Source: Octopus vulgaris (taxonomy: Eukaryota). From it: DNA of 64,000 nt. Below the pieces are notes generated by a model. The model was not told the DNA's origin. It saw nothing but the letters and a program-made list of their open reading frames with translations, and made no database searches. A program made the translations under genes and the position numbers. This document shows, piece by piece, positions 56,256-64,000 of this stretch. Numbering within the stretch: position 1 is the stretch's first letter; every line of letters starts with the position of its first letter. Location: assembly GCA_951406725.2 (NCBI GenBank), contig OX597830.1, positions 68,820,001-68,884,000 of the forward strand, in the 5' to 3' direction.

Positions 56256-56792
56256 AAGAGATTTTGAAATTTTACTTTTCTGGCTGGGGACTTGATCTAA
56301 TTTTATGTGAAGAAACTGAAATGAGTTCATCATAGATGATGAGTTATAACCACGACAACGTATATTGTTAGAAGTGTTTTCTTATATAATATTAAATATG
56401 AAGAAGTCTCAAAAGGTTAAATCGAACATGCATTTTGGAAGTTTGAGATGAAAATCAAAATGTCTAGCTTTATTGTTACTTAAAAATTCTATAAATGCCA
56501 GTTTCCCCTCTTTCCCAAGATGTTAGGGCGAAAGCAGTAATTAAAACATGAAATCCAAAATATGAGAAATCCTGGTCTTTGTGTTCCGCAGCAAATGTAA
56601 ATCATAGAAAGAAAATATATGGAAAATTTAAAAGAAAGTCAGCGTATTTAGCCAATTGGAAATGAAAAAGATGGCAAACATTGAAGCAAAAGACATTTTA
56701 TTGGAGAAAGATATCTTTTGCAATGAAAATGTGTTGCTGTGAAGATTTAATTTTGATGTAGAGGCATGTAAGAGAAACATCCTCCTCCTCCT

Positions 56793-56823
<31 letters not shown>

Positions 56824-56864
56824 ATCATCATCATCATCATCATCACCATCATCATCATCACTAT

Positions 56865-57475
56865 TTAACGTCCATCCACCTTGCTGCTACGGGTTTGACG
56901 GTGTGACAGGAGCTGGCCATCCAAGAAGCTCTCCAGACTCCAATTGTCTGTTTTTACATGGTTTCTAGGGCTGGATGCCTTCCCTAACGCCAACCACTTT
57001 GCAGAGTGTGCTGGGTGCACTTTACGTGCCACCGGCACGGGTTCATTTTACATGGCACTAGAACCTGTAAATCACATGCCTGTGTATATGGATGACCGGG
57101 ATATTACTTAGCGTGGTACGTCTTTTCAAGTACAGCAGATCATCACAACTCCCGGTCCCTTGATATTTCCTCAGTGTAGCCCAGTGTCTGAAGATACTTT
57201 CTCACCATTTCGTCCCATCGCATCTTCCCCCGCGTATTCCATCCACAAGTTCTCTCCACAATTAGGGATCAGCTCTTCTTTATGCAACCGTCCTCATCCA
57301 CACGCAACACATGATCAAACCAGCGCAGTCTCTTCTCTTGCACACAACATCTGATGCCTCTTAAATCATATAGTTTTCCTCTTAAATCATATACACTCTG
57401 ACATCCAGCGGAGCATTCTAGCTTCGTTTCTTTCAAGTGTTCGCAAGTCATCTGTTGTCATAGCTCATATTCCAC
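56865..57475 (-). mobile_element. RTE-1-type LINE 3' end with UTR and (CAT)n tail; related tail at ~43015-43090
   Basis: RGIRCCVQEKRLRWFDHVLRVDED. Confidence 0.7.
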
Positions 57476-58029
57476 CGCCAGTGGTTTCATTAAAATAAAT
57501 CCAACGGTAATGGGGAATCTACAAAAAAAATTTAACCTGAATATCGAAAAATGTTTCTGTCTTTAACTTTTTTGATGTACTACAATTTGCTGTTAATGTT
57601 ATTCTCGTTTTGTTTTTAAAAAGAAATATAATTCGTCTAATGTTGATTACGATACTATTTCCACTTTTTGCAAAAATTTCCGAGATGATAGTGGCTTATA
57701 CCTGTCATTCTGGCACCTTTTCATTTTCATGGAAGTGAAGCATAATTTTGAAGAAAAGTAATTTTATGGAAACGAAATCATTAATCTGTAATCCTTGAAC
57801 ATTTTTCTATTCAATTTTTATTAACTTTGGCAGCTGCTCTATTTATCTGCAAAAGACATAGGAGTAACACATATGCATAAAGTGACTGGCTTAATATACC
57901 TGCAGCAGGATTAAATGAAGTATGTCTACATTGCTGCTATCAGTTCCAACATTATTTATTCATTTTTTTAAAATTATTTTCTTTTGCTTCTATTCAGAAT
58001 ATATATTATACTCACACACAAAATATCTA

Positions 58030-59200
58030 AGAATGCCACAGAAAATTCAATTGACTGGATCTCAGACGAGTAAAATTTACAAAGAACAAAATGAAAACAT
58101 GCTGCTGTATTAGAAAAGACACAACACTGTGTAGAATTGTTATTTTCTTTGAAAAAAGAAAGCCTAGAGGCTAATAATGTAGAAACAGTATCAGACGTTC
58201 CTTTTGAAGAACCAGCTGCATTCCTAAGTAGATCTGCAGAAAAGAGGAAGAACGTATTACATCAAAACATTCAAGGTGAAGAATCCTCATGTCCTACTGT
58301 CATGAATAGCAAAGTAGCATCATGGGATCCAGACACAATCATATGATTTTCTGTCAGAGAAAAGTATTTGTCCATGTTCTTTCAGGCAAAATCATCCATA
58401 TGTTAAAATAAAAATGCCTCCGACACCTTCCCAGTATCTCGACACCATTATAAACCAAGTGAAGGCAAACTGGCTGGGCACTATCGTTGTTTAAAAAATT
58501 TAATGTTTTATACCATTCATGACAATGGTGAGCAGTTTTTTTAAAGATGTGACCCCTGTACAGCTCATCAGAGGGTAAGGTTTATTGTTTTTACTGCACT
58601 TTCCTGCAAGGTCAACATGACAGGTTTTCCAACAAGGAAGGCTTTACTGAAATGAGAAAAGCAGAGGAGAAACTGAAAACAGAAGAACAAAGTCAAGCCC
58701 CATCTTTTATGCAGGGATCATCTCATGTTAACAAGGTATTGGAAGAACAAGTCCAGGGAAACAAGAAATACTGGACTGAAGTATTGCATTCTTTCATGTA
58801 GTGACTGTGACAATATTTCTAGTTGAGAGAGGTCTGGCATTTAGAGGTAGTGAAGAGATAGTTGACTGAGAAATTTTCTGAGAATTATGGAACAATTTGA
58901 TCCATTTCTTATGGGTCACTTGAAAACCTTTGGCAATACTGGAAGTGGTAAGCAGTCGTACTTATCACCTACCATCTACGAAGAAATTGTTCTGTTGATG
59001 GCAAAACATATCAAGAATTATATTGTTGCAGATTTTAAAACTGCCAAGTATTTCCCTGTTTCTGTAGATCCAACACCAGAATGTTGCTCAGCTTTCAGTT
59101 ACTGTGTGTTACGTTCTTTCGGGTAAGCCAATAGAAATTTTGAATACTGCAGGAGACAGTCTTATGACAATGCCAGTATTATGTCCTGTCATTTTGACGA
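58030..59200 (+). mobile_element. Degenerate hAT transposase (ZMYM1-like type)
   Basis: FLVERGLAFRGSEE, then QFDPFL..HL..YLSPTIYEEI..AKYFPVSVDPTP; many stops. Confidence 0.78.
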
Positions 59201-59751
59201 TTGATGGTATGGAATGCGGAATTGGTTGTAGGTATGAGATTTCTAGTAGAGGAGAACGGAGAGAGGGTGTTCCTGTTGAGATAGGGTGTTGATGTGTGTA
59301 TCAGTGATACCTGGATAAGGTGGTCAGAGACCATCCAGCAGAGGCTATTTGTAGTAGCGGTAGAAAAGGCAGAGAAGACACAGCACAGTATGGGTCAGAA
59401 TTTGGTGTGTATTTGTAAGTGACTTCGTGCCAGTCAGTTGAGTAATCTTTTTCTCTCTGAATATGGTCTTATCATACCTCAGATGTGGAATGGTGAAACC
59501 CATTTTCTTAATTTATTTTGACGGCAACATATTTCTTATTTTTCCTTTTCAGTTTATTTAAAAGTAATCATTATTTGATTCAACTAAATTAAAATTTATT
59601 TATTTATTTCCGTGTATGGATTTATGTATCTATGTCGGTAATATTCATTGGAGTTGTTCTTTATCTCTTGATTTTGTCATTTTTCCTCTTCTACCTTCCC
59701 CATCACAACTTTACTTCAACAGTTCATTTGGTTTCTGTTTGTCTTTGATAG

Positions 59752-59836
59752 AAATTCTAAAGATGAGGAGCCATCAAAACCCTGTGATGCATTTGGTAAA
59801 ATAAAGTTTACAGGACATAATCAGGGAAATGCAATG
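59752..59836 (+). CDS. Micro-exon B4 (85 nt, phase 2->0); NSKDEEPSKPCDAFGKIKFTGHNQGNAM
   Basis: Acceptor tttgtctttgatAG, donor ATG/GTATTC. Downstream tgtttgtagaaattatccaat and ttttgtgaatattt resemble the B2/B3 downstream intron. An alternative donor exists after 59795. Confidence 0.55.
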
Positions 59837-60026
59837 GTATTCTTTTTGCTTGCTTTTTATTGATGTTGTTTGTAGAAATTATCCAATAATCAGCTGAATA
59901 TTTTGTCCTTGGATTTGTATAGCAACAACATTTTACATGCTTTTTGTGAATATTTTTACATATCGTTTCTTTTTTTTGTATAGTTGGCTGTTATTTTTCA
60001 TATTGGTGTGTGTGTATGTGTGTGTG

Positions 60027-60081
<55 letters not shown>

Positions 60082-60149
60082 ATGGATAGAAGTGATTCTG
60101 AGAGGTAAAAAATAACTTGAAAGTGCTATCATTTAAGGTTACTATATGT

Positions 60150-61330
60150 GGAGATAACATGGAAGAAAGATCTTTCCAACAGAATGACTAGTCATTCTAG
60201 CTGGTAGCAATATGATAGATAGGGCCCTGAAGAATATTAAAGCAGGAGAAATCCCATTAGCAATTACTATTATAAGGTTTAAAATACTTGGCACTGTGGG
60301 ATATGGCTTAGTTACTTGTATAGTCAATCAGATTATACAGGAAAGTGGTATACCTAGTGACTGGCATTACAGCATTACAACAATTGTTACAAGCATAAAG
60401 GAGATGCTATAGAAAGGTAATCACAGGAGTATCAAATTGCAGGACAAGGACACGAAAGTTATGGGAACAACTACAGCTCAAGCAATTACAGAAAAAGACG
60501 AAACGAGATAAAGTTCGGTTCTGTGCTATAGATAAGTATTAAAAAATCCATGTTTTGAGGAAGTTACTGCAGAGCATTCATTGATCTGCAGAAAACGTTT
60601 CACAGAGTTCCTTACTCTGAAAAGGTGAGGTCAAAGAAGAAGCTAGCAGCAGAAGAATAGCTTATGACAGCCACACAAACCCTATACAGAGATACTATTA
60701 GAAATTCCATGCGGTATACTTAGTGCAAACTATAGAAACACACGAGTTGCCATAGTATCACAGACAGTTTAACAGAGAAAGTAGACTCCATACGCAGTTG
60801 ATGCACACTAGCAAAGAAATTCTAAATGTGCATAGGAAATAGATTTTCTGAAATGCTCAGGAAGATCCCTAAACAAAAAAGATAGTTTCTATTACCCATC
60901 AGTGGAGCGGTTGTTCTGAAGTTATAGCTACTAAAATAAAAACAGGCTGGAGAAATTTCAAGGAGTTTTTGCCTCTGTTGGTAACAAAATGCTTCCCTAT
61001 CAGAATGAAAAACTGATTGTATGATGGCTATATACAAACAACAGTGCTACATAGTAATAAGATGTGGGCTCTAAATGCAGTGGACATGTGAAAACCTATA
61101 CTCCATTGGATGTGAAAAATCTGTGTATATGAACAACAAAGTATAAATGTATTTAAGAGAAAAGTTAGGCATAAGAGGAATCATATGCGTTCGAGGGAGA
61201 AGACTATGTTGATATGACCATATGATGGTTATGAAAGGGGCTAGCTGTATAACGACATGCTGATCATTGTAAATGGTTGGCTCTTGTGGAAAAGATAACG
61301 TAGAACTAAGTAGTGAAAGCTGATTTCAGA
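60150..61330 (+). mobile_element. Highly degenerate RTE-1-type RT
   Basis: ALKNIKAG, IPSDW, NHRSIKL and AFIDLQKTFHRVP fragments. Confidence 0.65.
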
Positions 61331-62059
61331 ATTTTGAATCCGAAAGAGATGACAAAATATTGGGACGAAGAGGTGACCTTCACTGGATCCCCTGTTTTCA
61401 CTCTCTCCAAGACGTCTTGCATCATAGCAACTCTCTTCTAACACATTTTTTCTGCTTCACTTCCTCAGATCGTCTCTTGATGCAGCTTCATGCCCTTTGG
61501 AGCCATCCTGTTATAGGATAGTGCTCTACCAGTTTTCCGCATATTGAGAGCAGTTCTAACCTACTCATGTGCTCGCTCAGATCTCAAATCCCATTTCCTC
61601 TCTAAAACACGGGTCTGCCCACCTTACCTCTTTCGTGTTTGAGCCTCAGCGCAATGCCTCCTATAGCCTCGGTGGTTTGTGGTCACCTCACACCACCTCA
61701 AATGACCCACAATTTACTCTACCAACTGCACATACTAATCTATCCAGAATGCGATATGTGTAGGAACTCGTAGCCTGTGCTACCTTGGTCATCAAGATCG
61801 TCCTAAGAACCTTCGCCATGATTTTTGGTTCTGCACTGAAACCGAATGCCAGCCGGATCAGGAAATATATTCTGTTCTTGTACCTCACCAGATAGTAACA
61901 CCACTATTTCTCAGAGCTGTAGATATACCGACTTAACATCGACGATCGTAGTCGTTCCTGTTGTCAGCCCCTGTCCCGCAAAATTTCACCGCCCTAAAAG
62001 CATTATACGTGCTCATTCAATTCCCAAAAATCTAGCAATGGTTAGACTTTATTCTTTAT

Positions 62060-62960
62060 CGGTTGGACCCTAACACACTAGTGGGAGGACTCCATTCTTC
62101 ATTTCCTTTCTGCACTGTGGTAAAATGCCTTATTTTCTCTGTCTGTCCAGCCATGTAGCTTTGGCATCTTGTTAACAGGAACGACAAAGTGTTCACTGCC
62201 AATATAGACAAAATTACCGATAGAATATCGCCCTGGAATGCGCCTGTTGATAGCTTAATCCTGTTTGTACCAATAGGTGTTGCATTAATAGTTGTCAGTG
62301 ATAACTGTGTAGACCACGTTGTGGTCATCCATGAGTGAGCACAGATTCAAACACCTTCTTGCAGTCTAGCCATATTGTTAAGATGTTCCAACGATGCTGC
62401 TTAACTTCTTTCAGGGCAACTTTGTTAAAGAGGACCTGTCCAGTACAGCTGCAAACTCCTTTCTTTCCCCCTGCCACTTCGTGAGTTATCACACCATTTG
62501 TTTGATAATGGTCCTGGGGAAATTTATTCAGGCAACCTGCGTAAAGTTCAAGCCTATAGTTTTTGGTCACATTGGACTCTTCGTTCTTGCGGGCAGTCGT
62601 ATTACGTGCGAACGTTAGCCAATCTGGTATATCTAGCTCTGCATTCGTTCTTTTTTGCAGCAAGGCCATGAGAATTTCTCTGAAGAATGTGAGATTTCTG
62701 TACCTGTAGCATGTTACCAGGTCTCTCCCAGATGGTTTTCCTTTCGGCAGTTACATAATAACCATCAGGAGTGTTTCGCTGATGATGTTAGATGTTTGGG
62801 AGAGGCATTTACACAATACTCCCTTCGTATGTCGTTTAGCTCTGCTGCATCATGGTTGTGTTCTTTCTTTATATACCGGATTTCCCGCCAGAATGACTCT
62901 AGGTCTTCCGTGCGAAGAGAATTTGCTGCTTTGATAGTGCAACGGTATGCGAAATCGAAG
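62060..62960 (-). mobile_element. Degenerate R4/Dong-like LINE RT
   Basis: IPDWL, KNYR, WLDCKKVFESV and GAFQGDILSVILSILAVNTLS. Confidence 0.75.
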
Positions 62961-64000
62961 TCAGTGGTCATCAATTGTCACAGTAATTGTGTAATGATAT
63001 ATGTTGATTGTTGGCAGTTAACGATTGTAACGGATATTGATGTTGTAGATGTGCAAAATAAAAGAAGATGCAAGAAGAACAGAGATTAAAGTTATGTTGG
63101 CTTCAAATTTTTTTATTTACCGTTACTTAATATAATGCCATGCCTCGACGGGCAGGTGTGTGTAATAATATAAGTGGAAAAGCATGCAAAGTTAAGAGAG
63201 TTAATTTCTTCTTGTATAGGTGTGTTTGTGATCTCGTCATTATGTAGTAGTAAAAGGATAGAGATAGGGTAATGTTGTAGAAAACAAAATTGAGTTAGTG
63301 GATGTCAGAGAGTAGTGGGAAGTTGTATGTCTCATATTGTTTTCTTTCTTCCCCTAGCAATTTGTCTCAAGTGGCTGTCTGCCGGTGGCCATTTCTAGTT
63401 GCCTCTGTTCACTAACTGATATTTCCTTAGCAAATTCTAGTATTTATAACTATACAAAACTAGTTAGAAAGATAGCTATGCTGCAAAGACAATGGATATA
63501 CTTTGAGGGCTTGACTGTTATCTCAATTCAACTCCCCATCGCATACAAAAGGTTAGAAGAGTCAAGTGGCAAAGACATAATTCAACTTAGCAAAAGCCAT
63601 GTGTTCATTTTATTGCTGTCAACTTAATGTCTCTTTATGACAAAAGTGCTGTTGAAATGTGAAAGGAAATTTGTCGATTCAGGTTCGAATCTACTCTATG
63701 CCTAAATGAAGTCCACTACAATAATATCACTGATCATACTGCGATATAGAGTTTGTGGGTTTCGGGAAAATTGTGTGCAATTTTTTACAATAGCAGCGTT
63801 GTTCATTTACTGCTCGTAAATCGTGTTTGAGGGTGACCAGTTGGCTTGTGAGTGTTTCTCGATGACAATTCTCATACCATTTGGAGAATCTATCATGCTG
63901 TTGTAGCTAGTGATTTGTGAAGTCATTTTTAGCTTTGGATTTCATCATAAAATCCAACTGTTCTATTTTTTCTATCTCCATTATGTTATTGGGGTGCGGT

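Overview
AT-rich eukaryotic DNA saturated with microsatellites and decayed transposons. The SINE families and repeat landscape look like an octopus (coleoid cephalopod) genome; this is inferred from recalled repeat consensus shapes, not from a search. Nearly all ORF-track entries are microsatellite artefacts or transposon relics: RTE/BovB-like, RTE-1, CR1, Tx1/L1, R4/Dong-like, Penelope, Gypsy, mariner, Chapaev-like, hAT and Helitron. Between them, and invisible to the ORF track, is a candidate + strand gene of eight micro-exons (41-85 nt) spread over about 39 kb (20627-59836). The exons form four duplicated A/B modules, with A exons phase 0->2 and B exons phase 2->0. They splice into one stop-free 153-codon frame. 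Their flanking introns are clearly paralogous, while the exons themselves are hypervariable: in the A2/A3 pair none of the changed codons is synonymous. The window also holds hammerhead-ribozyme motifs, a fold-back element, and a pile-up of one element family in an (ATT)n tract. All identities and counts were made by eye.
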